From positions 115,196,001-115,260,000 of the forward strand of contig OX597821.1 of assembly GCA_951406725.2 (NCBI GenBank): DNA of 64,000 nucleotides, in the 5' to 3' direction. Of the stretch, positions 1-12,330 are shown piece by piece. Numbering within the stretch: position 1 is the stretch's first letter; the number at the start of each line of letters is the position of its first letter. Below the pieces are notes generated by a model, which did not search any database, was not told the DNA's origin, and worked only from the letters and a program-made list of their open reading frames with translations. The position numbers were made by a program, and so were the translations under genes. The stretch comes from Octopus vulgaris. Its lineage: Eukaryota.

Positions 1-173
1 ACTCTTGAATGATGCTTTTCACGTGTCACCAGCACAGGAGCCAATCCATCGCCCTGGCAACAATCATGCTTGGATGTGCTTTTAATGTTCCACTGGCATG
101 AGTGCCAATCAGGCAGTACTGTCATCGGACACATCAGCAATTTTGATTTGTTTTCAGTTGCCTCAATAGGTCT

Positions 174-2448
174 TCACAAGCAAAGTTTATTGTCCAATGA
201 ATGAGGGGGACTCATAAGTGGGCTGATTACACCCACTGGCATAGGCCATGGACTATGGTCTCTCTTGGCTTGTCGGGTCTTCTCAAGCACAGCATATCTC
301 CAAAGGTCCTGGTCACTAGCCATTGCCTCAGTAAGGCCTAATGTTTGAAGGTCGTGCTTCACCACCTCTTCCCAGGTTTTCCTGGGTCTACCTCTTCCAC
401 AGGTTCCTTCAACTGCTAGGGTGTGACACTTTTTCACACAGCTGACCTCATTCATTCGCAACACATGACCATACCAGCGCAGTTGTCTCTTTTGCACACC
501 ACATCTGATGCTTCTTAGGTCCAACATTTCTCTCAAGGTACCTACACTCTGTCAAGTATGCACACTGACATTACACATCCAGTCGAGCATACTGGCTTCA
601 TTCCTTGCAAGCTTATGCATATCCTCAGCAGTCACGGCCCATGTTTCACTGCCATGTAGCATGGCTGTTCACACACATACATTATATAGTCTGCCTTTTA
701 TTCTGGATGGGAGGCCCTTTGTCACCAGCAGAGGTAGATGCTCTCTGAACTTTGCTCAGGCTATTCTTTTTCTAGCAGCTACACTTTCAGAGCATCCACC
801 CCTGCTACTGACTAAGTAACGGAAGCTATCAACTACTTCTAGTTTTTCTCCTTGGGATGTGACAGAAGCTGTTCTCTGCACATTTTCTGTGTTTATAGCA
901 CCTGAGCATTTGCCACATACAAAAACTATCTTCCTAGTTAGCCTTCCTTTGATATTGCTGCACCTCTTATGTATCCATAGCTTACACTGGGCATGTCTTG
1001 TGGAGTTTCTACCTACACCTTTTCTACAGATCAAGCAGGGCCATCTACCTGAAGGGATGTGTGGTGTGTCTGCCTTTCTACTTATTAAGACTTTGGTTTT
1101 AGCTAGGTTGACTCTAAGGCCCTTCGATTCTAATCTTTGCTTCCACACCTGAAACTTTTCCTCTACTTCTGATAGTGACTCAGCAATTAGAGCAAGGTCA
1201 TCAACATAGAGGAGCTACCAAGGGCATCCTGTCTTGAATTCTTCTGTTATTGCCTGGAGGACTATGATGAATAAGAGGGGGCTGAGAACTGATCTTTGGT
1301 GGTTCCCTACCCCTACTCAGAATTCTTCACTGTACTCATTGCCAACTGTCACCTTACTGACAGCATCCCTGTACATGGTTTGCACAGCTCTCACTAACCA
1401 TTTATATATCCCTAGTTTCCTCATTGACCACCAGATAAGGGATCGGGGAACCCTGTTGAAGGCTTTCTCTATGTTAATGAAAGCCAGGTACAGAGGTTTA
1501 TCTTTGGCTAGGTATTTCTCCTGCAGCTGTCTTACCAGAAATATGGCATCAGTGGTGCTTTTCCCTGGCACGAACCCCAACTGCATCTCATCTAGACTGA
1601 CTTTCTCCCTAATTAGTTGAGCTATGACCCTCTATGTGACCTTCATTACCTGATCCAACAACTTGATATCTCTGTAATTATTTGTATCTAAAGCGTCACC
1701 ATTACCTTTGTAGCAGTTGACTATTATGCTGCTACACCAGTCATTGGGTATGACACCTTCATGTATCATCTGGTTTACTATACGGGTGACTAGGCTATAG
1801 CTGACACCGCCAGATATTTTGAGCATCTCTGTGGTGATTCCTGATGGGTCAGGGGCCTTCCTTGTCTTCATACTCTTAATTGCTTTACCTACCAAGGCAC
1901 TGTCAATTCGGATAGCTGGTCCCTCTGTTGGGTTGGTATTCAGCAGACTCTCGTTCTCCCATTCATTCTCTTTATTGAGCAATCTTTCATTGTGGTGTCT
2001 CCAAACCTCTCTCTTTGCATCCTCATTTAGCGCAAATGAACCATCATCCATGTGGACACATTTCTCTCCTACGACATCTTGATTCTCCCTCACACACTGT
2101 CTTGCAACACGAAATACCTCAAGTCTTTGGTCCTCACAGTGCAGAACATTGGCAAATTTATTTTCATCTGCTTCCCCTCTGGCTAAATAAACCTGCCCCC
2201 TAGCTTCCCTTCTGGCAGTCTGATACAATTCCGTGCTATCACCGTTCTTCCAGTCCTTCCAAGCCTGTTTATTTTCTCTAATAGCCCTGTCATCAACATT
2301 GTTCCACCACCACGTTACCTTGGATCGAGAGGGGCCTTTGCACCATTCACATAGATCTGGATCAGTGGCCTTCAGTAGGTTGTCCCATAAAAAGCTCCAG
2401 TTGTGTTCCACATCATATGATGCCAAATCCCTTTCTATTTCGTCATGA
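174..2448 (-). mobile_element. 5'-truncated, frameshifted RTE-clade LINE (reverse transcriptase ORF remnant)
   Basis: Successive minus-strand ORFs give RT motifs (KAPDPSGIT, IPNDW..IIVNCYKGNGD, NYRDIKLL, QLGFVPGKSTTDAIF, AFNRVPR, GLRVNLAKTKVL) and the RTE-type C-terminus LRWYGHVLRM...GRGRPRKTW. Confidence 0.93.
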
Positions 2449-2734
2449 ACATTAATTAAGGGTAATGTTAGGAAATATGTCATACGTAAGTTAATTATAA
2501 TTTAACATTCATCAAATATCTTGGTGTTTATATAAAATAATGAAATAAATGCATATTTCCAAAAGAAAAATATTATCTGAAATTGGAATTAATTCTAGCA
2601 AACTTCCTATTTGTATATTTGCAAAGGTGAATGTTATTATCTTTTAAATGTTTATCTTCGTAATCACAAATCTACTCTGCAAAATTTCACTTTAAAAAAA
2701 TGCATATTTTTCAGAAAGTTATAAAACACATGTG

Positions 2735-3060
2735 AAGATGTGTGGCTTAGGAGTTCAGGTATTCAATTTACTATGGTAAGGTTGTGAGTTCAATTCCCAT
2801 TGGTGCTTTGTGTCCTTGAGCAAGACACTTCACTTTAAGTTCCTCTAGTCCATTTGTCTGGCAAAATGAAGTTGTACCTATAATTCAAAGGGACCAGCCT
2901 TGTCACACTCTGTGTCACACTGAATCTCCCTGAGAAGTACATTAAGGGTACACATGTCTGTGGAGCTCTCAGCCACTTACACATTAATTTCACGAGCAGG
3001 CTGTTCCATTGATTGGATCGACTGGAACAACGTTGTTTTTGTAACCGATGGAGCGTCAGA
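2735..3060 (+). mobile_element. tRNA-derived SINE, family with 'gtgtccttgagcaagacactt' domain
   Basis: B-box-like gagttcaattcc followed by a shared body; other copies at about 28960-29225(+), 30850-31435(+), 33715-34023(+), 48115-48435(-) and 50875-51190(+). Confidence 0.8.
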
Positions 3061-4266
3061 GAAAGTTAAAGACCCCTCCTCTGCTGCTTCTCTTCTGTCA
3101 AATCTCTTTGTATCTCTTCTTTTTTATCATTCTCTCCTCCTCTTTCTACATGAAAATTAACCCACAAACATTTATCTCGGCTGTTATTATAGCAAAGATT
3201 ATTTGATGCTTAAGACATAACGTACCATTACCGCTTATCTGAAGCAAACAGAAATCTGATTGTTTTGGGAATTAATTAGAATTGGTTCATCTCAGTTTAT
3301 TGCCAAATAAACTGACAGCAACAGAGAAATATTTCAACATGTGAGATATTAAAGATCTCCGTCACAAGAAGCGGCTTAACTGTGAACTTTCTGCTCTTTT
3401 TACTTTGATATTGATTTCGTTTATAACATCAAATGACAGTTTCAGCATTCTTTCAAAACTTGCTGTCAGCTTCGTAATTCGTTGCTACACATTTCTGGTG
3501 CTTCTTTTCCATTTTATATTTTCAAAGATTTTTCTATTAACTGAATTCTGTGAAGATCTTGCGAAAAATCCTTTTAGAGTTTCAGTTCTGAAATTCCTGC
3601 TAGTTTGTTCTACGGGGATTAAAGCTTAATCTTGACTCAGTCAAAATGATTGTGTTTAAGCTTTGTGTCGTTCCTCACTTAATACATATTTACTATTGTC
3701 TATTTATTTTACCATTTATTATTATTATATCTCTCTCTCTCTCTCTCTCCCCTTCTCTCTCTACTAATGAAAATTATATTTTTTAGTATGCTTTCAATTT
3801 ACATATCACATATTGATCATGGTGATGGTGGTAGTGGTGATGATGATGGTGATGCCACCACTGTTGCTAGAATTCAGGTCAGAAATGCATGTCTGCTGAA
3901 AATTTACCATTTCTCATATCTTTGTCAATAAAAGAAAGAAAAGCCAGACCCAGTTTGTTCTGGTGGTTGAAAATCGATTCTAAACTCTTATTATGTTTCT
4001 CTTTTCCATCCCAAAAAGTGCAAGAACAGGTATTTTATTGATATAATCCCTTAAAAGGAAGGCCCCTGTAGATTCTATAGAAATGGTACCATGCTAGATG
4101 GAACAAGTTTTATTACATTTGATTGTTTAATGTTGATTTGTCTTGGAGTGACATATAAATTTTGTTTGAACAAAGCATTGAAACTGACCTCATCATCATC
4201 ATCATCATTCAAGAGGGGTAATGATCTGAAATAGGGTAACTCTCTCTCTCTCTCTCTCTCTCACTC

Positions 4267-4303
<37 letters not shown>

Positions 4304-4319
4304 GAGTTATATATACAAT

Positions 4320-4465
4320 GAGCTTCTTTCAGTTTCAGCCTACTAAATCCACTCTCAAGGCTTTGGTCAGCCCAGAGCTGTAGTAGAAGACACTTGTCCA
4401 AGGCGCCACACAGTGAGATTGAACCTGGAACCATGTGGTTGGGAAGCAAACTTCTTACCACACAA
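4320..4465 (-). mobile_element. tRNA-derived SINE, family 'ggtaagaagcttgcttcccaaccacatgg'
   Basis: Reverse complement of a repeat also seen at 10395-10815(-), 11338-11735(+), 23835-24220(+), 43590-43960(-), 50255-50630(+), 52330-52480(+) and 53115-53240(+). Confidence 0.8.
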
Positions 4466-4599
4466 CCTGATTTGTAGGGTTAGGCCAGAACAATGCAAGA
4501 AAATATAAAGTAAACCACAAAAATAAAGCAAAATACCTTATATTTTACCTCATGTTTATCAATTTTGGTGCTCTGACCCCTCCTTCTGGATATGTGGAA

Positions 4600-4910
4600 A
4601 AGCAAGGGATGGAAAAGGTCATTGCTGAGATTTTTGGTGGGAAGGAAGGGAACATGCACAGACTGATGTTGTTATAATGACCAGGCTGCTCCAGGTCGTT
4701 CCTTCCTGTTATTAATGGTAGGTTTCTGTCCATTGGTAACAGGGCCTCCATGACTCAGAGACCACCCCTGCTATGTTGAGTGACCCTTGAAATCCTAGGT
4801 GTGGCCCTTCTGAAGGTGTCTTTTGATTGAAGTGTCTGTGCACATATATTTTTCAATTTGAATGTACAATTTCCTGGTGGTGGGGAGGGAGAGAGAGAGA
4901 AAGACAGACA

Positions 4911-4949
<39 letters not shown>

Positions 4950-5060
4950 GACTACCTCATATACCACATTGGTCTTTGAGCACATTTTGAATTTGCTGCT
5001 GGGACAATTGGACAGTGTGCCTCCTATGATACTATCTGTGGTTTTATTCTAAACTAAACA
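4600..5060 (-). mobile_element. Decayed Penelope-like element GIY-YIG endonuclease remnant, interrupted by a (CA)n/(GA)n microsatellite
   Basis: The minus-strand translation reads NKTTDSII...KTNVVYEVVC...GNC...RVTQH...MEALL, matching the motif order of PLE GIY-YIG domains (NVVY.x.C, R...H, EAL..). Confidence 0.55.
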
Positions 5061-7240
5061 CAGTCAACAAAGTTTGCTTATGCCTAAGCACTGCTTGGCA
5101 CTGGTACTGCTGAATTTCTTCTGAGCTGGCAGTCTGATAGTGCAACTCAGTCAATATTGTTGCCTGTGTTAAAGCCATGGCTTTAAAATCTGCTCAGAGT
5201 TACCTTTCTTCCATATTTCCTATTGATAATGGCTAAAGAGCTAGGAACATATCTGGGAACCTGATAGCAGGTAGCACTGGGCAGATATGATGTTTTTTTT
5301 TTACACCATTTACCATAAGAGAGAAATTTTTCTTCGGAATAAGTGCAGTGAATTCCAACTTTAGATGTTGAAATATGTCACAAACATATTTTAACTAATC
5401 TAATTTCACTTATGCCTAAACACTTCTTGGTGCTCATGCTGCTGAATATATATATATATATGTGTAACAAGGCAGGAAATTAGAAAATTTATTGGTATCA
5501 GTTATCCTCCATTACACATGTTTCATTTGCTAGTAGGAATTACAGAGTTTTATATATTAGATAGACATGCTAGGAATTTCTGATAAATTATTCAGACGGA
5601 GAAATGAAATATATAGTTAAATAATTATGTGTGTGTTTATACTCCACCACCACCACCACTTCACAACCAGATTGGTGTGTTTACATCCCAGTAACTTAGC
5701 AGTTCGGTGAAAGAGAATGGTAGAATAAGTCCTAGGTTTTAAAAAAAAGTACTGGGGGTTGGTTGATTTGTCTAAAAATTCCTCAAGGTGGTGCCCCAGC
5801 ATGGCCAGTCTACAGACTGAAACAAGTAAAAAACAAAAAATAAAATAAAATAAAAGCTGGTATTTTAAAGTGGAGATCCTTATTTGATATTTACTCCCAT
5901 AAAACGATAAAAGGTTCTTGAAAAGTGTTGTAAATTAAGAGAGACAAATTATTTTTGTGGAAGAGAACTGATGACAATAGAAGAGAATTTAAATGCAGGA
6001 ACAATAGGGGACGGGGTGGGGAAGAACTATAAGGGGTTCTTGGGAATCAGGGTAAGAGCCTTGCTGACTGACAAATGTTGAGTGTTTCTATATATAAAAA
6101 AGGGATATTAAATTAATAGCTGTCTGTTGGTTTGGGTGGATGGGTGGGAGTGTTTGTGAGGGTTAATAGTGCTTGGCAGTGAAAGTGTTGATGTAAAAGG
6201 GAGAAGGCAGTAAAAAACTCCTTGTTATTTGATTAAATTTATGTGTCAGAGAAACCACCTCACCAAACAAGGAATGTCTGTAGTTCTTCCTTAAACTTTT
6301 TATTGAGATTAGACCTTTTTTAGGAGCAAGGAATACATTAATCTGGAAGAACTTCTATAGATATTTCTAAGAGATTCTGTTTTATGTCAACTTTTTTTTA
6401 CCATTCGGATCTCAAAATATCTTTGAAGAAAAGCCATTTAACTAATGTGTTAAATTTTCTCCATACTATCACCATCATCATCATCATCGATATCACCACC
6501 ATCATCATCACCATTGCCAACATTGTCATCACATCAGTTTTTCCATGCTGACATAGATTTGACGTGGATTTATTTCAATGTTGCATTTCTCCATGCATTG
6601 CTGTCTTTTTGTCATTTCATTTGTAAACTCCAGCATCCTGAGATCAAACCCCACCAGTTCCCATAATGTTACTAAATTATCAATGTCAATATAGTTAGGT
6701 TGAGAGAAGCCACATTTCTGAAGTTCTCACTCACCTTCATCCTTGTCAATGAGGGCAGCACTGTAAATTTTACCTGTATACCCTGTTACTATGATACCAA
6801 GGTACATCTTTTGTGCTTGACATATGAAATCTTCAGCAAAAACGTGATATTCGAACCAAAGCTGAAGCAGATTGGATGGTTCAAAGACTCTTGGCTGTTT
6901 GAGATACTCAGGGTTCCATCTACGTTGCATCCCTCTCGGCCTCTTCCTCTTGCAATGCAAATCTAAATCCTGATTTTCTTGAAGTGGCACAAACTTTGGC
7001 ATTGACTGTTCTAAGACCTTGCTACTACAACACTAAATCTAAAACCTGTCAGCATGGCTGTTAATAGTTAGAGAATCTTTACTAAAATAATGTCTTACTT
7101 ATTCCTTCTTAACATATTCGAGCAAATTCGAATGTGGATTTGCTTATCATTGTTGTATTTATTTCGTCACTGGAGAATGGAGAATAACTCATTTCAAACA
7201 AACTGGAATAAGCATGGAATAACCTAGTCATATCAGTTGT

Positions 7241-7905
7241 TAATAATAATAATAATGATGATAATAATAATAATAATAATAATAAAATTGTATACAGTGC
7301 TCAGGTGCACCACAACTTGTCAAAAGTGCATATAAAGCATATGCAGTAATGTACAAATGTCTGGGAAGTGAACAGTGTATGAGTCAGATACATGCTTGCT
7401 TGTGTGTATGGAGGGGAGAAAATCAGGTGTAGTGTTGGCAAATCTCAGGAAGCATGGAAGTTTTGAAGGATGCAGTGCTCCGACAACTAACAACTGATGC
7501 CGGCAGTCTGTTCCATGCTTCAGCAACTCTTAACGTGAAAAAATGTTTCTGAAAGTCATGGGAGCTGTGCTGTTTTCTGACTTTGTAAACATATTCACGA
7601 GTGTTAGACAGGTAGAGTTTGAAAAGGTCCTCAGAGTCATTGTTTGTAAGATTGTTAATAATTTTATGGGTGTCTGCTAAGTCAGCTGCCAGACGTCGGA
7701 GTTTCAATGAGTCCATGCCCAGGGAAGTAAGGCGTTCAGAATATGGCAAATGCCTGATGGAGGGTATTCTCTTGGTTGCATGTCGCTGAACAGCTTCCCG
7801 ACAATTAACATCCTGGGCAAGATAGGGGTTCCAGACTGGTGATACAAATTCCAGGTGAGGTCGTACCATATCTATATAAAGCCGGAGAGCGGCTCACAAA
7901 GGAGG
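7241..7905 (-). mobile_element. CR1-like LINE 3' fragment with (TTA)n tail
   Basis: ORF 7423-7869 reads VRPHLEF..PVWNPYL...VQRHATKRIP..LPYSERL..L.LRRL...HFFTLRVAEAWNRLP; the trinucleotide tail is at 7241-7286. Confidence 0.92.
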
Positions 7906-7914
7906 ACATTACAT

Positions 7915-8045
7915 TCTTCAAAACTTCCATGCTTCCTGGAATTCATCAACAGCACACCTGATGCCCCTCCCTCCTGTGTCTACTTCTTCTTCTTTTGGGT
8001 TGTAACACACCTGAGCGCTGTATACAAGTTCGTTATTATTACTTT
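7915..8045 (+). mobile_element. Inverted, diverged CR1 3'-end fragment
   Basis: cttcaaaacttccatgcttcctg...cacctgagcgctgtatacaa is the reverse complement of the CR1 end at 7290-7470. Confidence 0.7.
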
Positions 8046-8309
8046 TTTATATTTGTTCATTTACACATTCGATTCATAGAAGTAAGGAAACTTCAAAACA
8101 TTGCAAAACTTTGGCCCTGTGTCTCTTGAGCCAAAGTTCCTTCAGACCAATGAATCTAACAAGAGTTTTTGGCTCTCGTTTGTCGGATCCAGGAACCAAA
8201 TTAATTTACTGAAGCTGATGGCTTCATTAAAATAGTTTTCCTGAGTAATCTCCCTTGAAAATGCAGCTTGTTTTTCAAAATTTATTTTCATATATCTTCT
8301 GATTAGAAC

Positions 8310-8515
8310 AGCAAGCTGGCAGAACCGCTACAGTGGTAGACCAAATGTTTAGTGACATTTCGTCTGTCTTTATGTCCTGAGTTCAAATTCCACCAGGGTC
8401 GACTTTGCCTTTTATGGTTTTTGAGATTAATAAAATAAGCTGAACACCGAAGTTGATGTAATCGACTGTCCCCGCCTCCAAAGTTGGTGGCCTTGTGCCA
8501 ATATTTGAAACCGTA
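8310..8515 (+). mobile_element. SINE, family 'ctgagttcaaattccgccgaggtcgactttgcctttcatcc'
   Basis: Related copies at about 18520-18730, 19030-19250, 21610-21780(-), 21810-22030(-), 54375-54530, 56620-56810 and 57030-57240. Confidence 0.8.
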
Positions 8516-9150
8516 TTTCTTATCAAGAGAAAAACCATTTAATCTCGACACTTCTTTAAGTTTCATGAGATATTTAGTTTAATTTCGAGAGACGATTGTT
8601 TCTTGTATTGACACATTTTAATGTGTGAGTAAGCAGAATTTTAGATGATTCAAACAGCAGGTCTGTAGTTTGGGTCACCCCCATGTCTGTCACAGTCAAC
8701 AATATATGATAAACTGAAGTAGTGGAAGTACAAACAACATGTATGCAAGCATACACGCATTTAACTTGTGGTTAACTTTCTCATAACTACTGAGTTCTAC
8801 AATGACTACACAAATATTGACTATAATACAAATACAAACACGTGGCTTTGTTGATCCTTTCTTAAAGTTTTCCTGTTGAAATTCACTGCGTTGTTTCAAC
8901 TAATTTCTTAAGTAATGAATTTACTAAAATAATTCATTTTTAAACTGGTTTTCGGAACATAAATTAACATGAAATTTCGATGGGAAGTTTTAAATTCAGA
9001 CCCTATGGAACAGGAAGTTTGTCCGACAGACCCAGGGGCAGTCTTGTGTGGGTTGGCACCAAAGGACTGAAAGACAATAAGGAATGTGATGATTGGGTGA
9101 CTTAGCTGTTGGTTACATAAAAACTTCTTCACTTATTTCCTATTTTAAAA

Positions 9151-9985
9151 CCCTTTTTTGCTGTTTCTGTTGAAATATGCTGCCTTTGTTTCAGTTAATT
9201 TTGAAAATAACAAAGAATTTAGTAAAATAACTTTATCGTTGTTGAGCCTTTAGCAGTGAGATTGCTCTGTTAAATGTGATGCTTATTTATTCACATTGTT
9301 TGGAATTAGTCAAACATCATTTTGTAGCTTAGAGATTTCTTAAAATAATAATAATGAAATTATTGTATACAGTGCTCAGGTGCACCACAACCTGACAAAA
9401 GTGCATATAAAGCATATGCAGTGATGTACAAATGTCTGGAAAGCGAACAGTGTATGAGTCAGATACATGCTTGCATGTGTATGGAGGAGTGAAAATCAGG
9501 TGTAGTGTTGGCGAATCTCAGGAAGCATGGAAGTTTTGAAGGATGCAGTGCTCCGACAACTAACAACTGATGCCGGCAGTTTGTTCCATGCTTCAGCAAC
9601 TCTTGGCATTAAAAAATGTTTCCGAAAGTCATGGGAGCTGTGCTGTTTTCTGACTTTGTAAACATGTCTATGGGTGTTAGACAGGTGGAGTTTGAAAAGG
9701 TGCTCAGAGTCATTGTTTGTAAGATGATTAATAATTTGATGTGATTGTTTATTTTTTCAGATTGTCATTGTAAGGTAGGCATGAGAGGCCAGATCTGGTC
9801 AGTTTGAACATAAAACGGGGAGAATATTTTGGCTGGGCATGGTCAGCTTAAATGCTAAAGGGTTAAGCTTGTGTTTGAAACATAAGTCAATATGAAATGT
9901 TTTGGAAGGGTTTAATTCAGATCGCTTTAAAACAAGGAGTTTGTATCTTAGAACCAGGGACAGTTTCAGGTGGGTTTGTATTAAA
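9151..9985 (+). mobile_element. Nested piggyBac-like MITEs (outer 9151-9985, inner about 9246-9866) containing a CR1 fragment
   Basis: Inner ends cctttagca...tgctaaagggttaa; the outer halves match the MITE bodies at 15930-16153 and 42554-42977. Confidence 0.6.
9345..9738 (-). mobile_element. CR1-like LINE 3' fragment
   Basis: Near-identical to 7287-7660 and 17555-17940, with a short (AAT)n tail. Confidence 0.9.
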
Positions 9986-10133
9986 AATACTACTGTGCTT
10001 TCGAAGTATTTGGGAACATTTCAAGAACTGATTAAATCTACCAATAAACAAAAAGCTTTTTCGATGAATAATAATGGTATATACATATATATATATATCT
10101 TACATCTATCTTTTTATTTCTATTGTTTTACAG

Positions 10134-10285
10134 ACATTTTTACTCAAATCTCTGATTCAAGTGGTTATCAAATACAAGAAAAATTTGAAGAATATTTAAG
10201 GGCTGTTTTAGCTCTTCCAAGCGCTGTATGTGAAGGTCCATCATTCGGGTATAATGACACAGCATCACGGACATGCTTCGATGGA
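10134..10285 (+). CDS. dtn: Dystrobrevin exon (EF-hand-like region): (Y)IFTQISDSSGYQIQEKFEEYLRAVLALPSAVCEGPSFGYNDTASRTCFDG
   Basis: Acceptor ttttacag (AG 10132-10133) and donor gtgagt at 10286; 152 nt, phase 1 to 0. The peptide matches dystrobrevin YIFSMISDSSG...LREVLKLPTAVFEGPSFGY. Confidence 0.95.
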
Positions 10286-12078
10286 GTGAGTTATTTCTCT
10301 GATATTTACTTGATTTCTCCTCTTTGTCGACAGCTGTTTCGATGTTCACTGGAGTTTATTTCTTTTCTTTCTTTCTTGAATCATTGTTATTACTGTTTTC
10401 CTGTTCTGCTTATCATCTTCATCTTTTAGGTTTTACCTGTTTTAGTCATTTGCCTGTGGCCATGCTGGAGCACAGCCTTGAAGGCCTTTTTAGCCAAATA
10501 GACTGACCCCACCCCCATCCTGCTCACCATTCTTATATTCCAACCCTTTTTGCTAATTTTTTAAGTTATAAGGATTTAACAAACCAACACTGGTTGACAA
10601 ACAGTGATGTAAGGAGACAATCATATATGCAAAGAGAAACACACATCACATATATATGAGGGGCCTCCATATAGTTTCCTTCTTTCAAATTCACTCACAA
10701 GGCATTGGTTAGCCTGGGGTTATAGTAGAAAACACGTTCTCAAGGTACTCTGCAGTGAGATTGAACCTGGAACGATGTATTTGCAAGATGAATTTCTTAA
10801 CTATTCAGCCATGACTTCACGGCTTTCCACACTGGTGATTTATTTCTTATTTTGGGATTCGTTGCTCCCCTTTGTTTGAATTATTCTCTTTGGCTGTGAC
10901 AATTCCCATTTGATTAATTGGTTTGATTCCCCACTTTTATTGCTATCAATCAGCCATAACACTTGTTTTGAATTGGAAGAATTCTTTGGAACCAAAGACA
11001 ACATGTCTTTTGAGTTTTGTTAAATATGAATCTTTAAAAAATAATTTACAATGTTTTCACAATTTAGCAATTGTTTCTAACTTGGTTTAATTAAGATCTT
11101 CGTTACAAGATCTTAAGAAGTTTAAGAATATTATGTTTGTGTTTTTTTACATCTCTGCAATGCATAAAGTCATTATTTAATTAAACAATTATTATTAACC
11201 AACCTCAGCCAGCGACTGATCAAAACTGATTTTGAAGGCTTTTAGATATTTAAGATTTCCTTTCTGAAGAATTAGAATAAAATTAGAATTTCATGAAATA
11301 AAAATAAAACTAAAAAGAAAAAGAATTATTGATATTAGCACAAGTGTGGTTCTGTGGTAAGAAGCTTGCTTCCCAACCACATGGTTCCAGGTTCAGTCCC
11401 ACTGCATGGCATCTTCGGCAAATGTTTTCTGCTATAGCCTCGGACTGACCAAAGCCTGGTGAGTGGATTTGGTTGATGGAAAATGAAAGAAAACTCTGTG
11501 TGTGTGTGTATGTATGCCTATGTATGCCTCTGTCTTTGCCGCAGCAGACCTTGACAACCAGTGTTGGTGTGTTTATGTCCCCATTACTTAGCAATTTGGC
11601 AAAAGAGACTGATAGAAAATGTACCAGACTTTACAAAAAGAGATTGGTACTAGTATCGATTCGTCCGACTGAAACTTCAAGGCGATGCCCCAGTATGGCC
11701 GCACTCTAATAACTGAAACAAGTAAAAGATAAAAAATAAGATTAATTTTTAATATGTCAATTTTATTTCTTTAACTGTATCTGATGGCATATTCGATGTC
11801 CCCCCAATACCAGCAGATCATAATCAAGAAAACAAAATTTCTAATGCATTAAAACGCAATTTTTAAAGCATTCCGCAAATCTGCTCCCCCAGGGGGTAGA
11901 TTATTCAGACATTTTTTTTTTTTTTTGAGAAAGTAGTGCATCTCGTACGCCATCGAATATGGTATATCTTATGCGTTAGTTTCATCTTATTTTTCATCTC
12001 ACGAAGGTTCATACGTGGCTGTTGAAGGGAAATAACTCTATGACTGTTGGCGTTAATTTGCTCTCAATTTATTTTAAA

Positions 12079-12330
12079 CTAGCACTATGACCCGGCAACG
12101 GTCATGATTGGGTTTTGGATAGAAAATTCACAAAAAAAGTCACTTCTATTGATTTTTTAACGGCTTTGCAGGGTGACTGGGGAAATGTAAAGATGTGCAC
12201 GACCACCCTTAGACGGTTTTGAATGACCATGGAAAGTGCGAGCCCTCTAACTGAAAAATTGTGGATTTGTATAAAGGACACACACACACACACAGAGACA
12301 GACATTTTGCCGTTTATATATAGAGAGAGA
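12079..12330 (-). mobile_element. Non-autonomous Helitron
   Basis: On the minus strand: A|TCTCTCTATATATAAACGGC... start, subterminal hairpin atgacc-gttgccg-ggtcat, and CTAG|T end. Confidence 0.8.

Noticed and set aside
4548-4600. Possible decayed hammerhead downstream of the Penelope remnant (ccagaagg...caccaaaa on the minus strand)
   Set aside because: Too many core mismatches to support a call.
1-10133. Preceding dystrobrevin exon (expected ...GKI.VF..K.AL...DKLR)
   Set aside because: Not found by eye; it probably lies upstream of the window.
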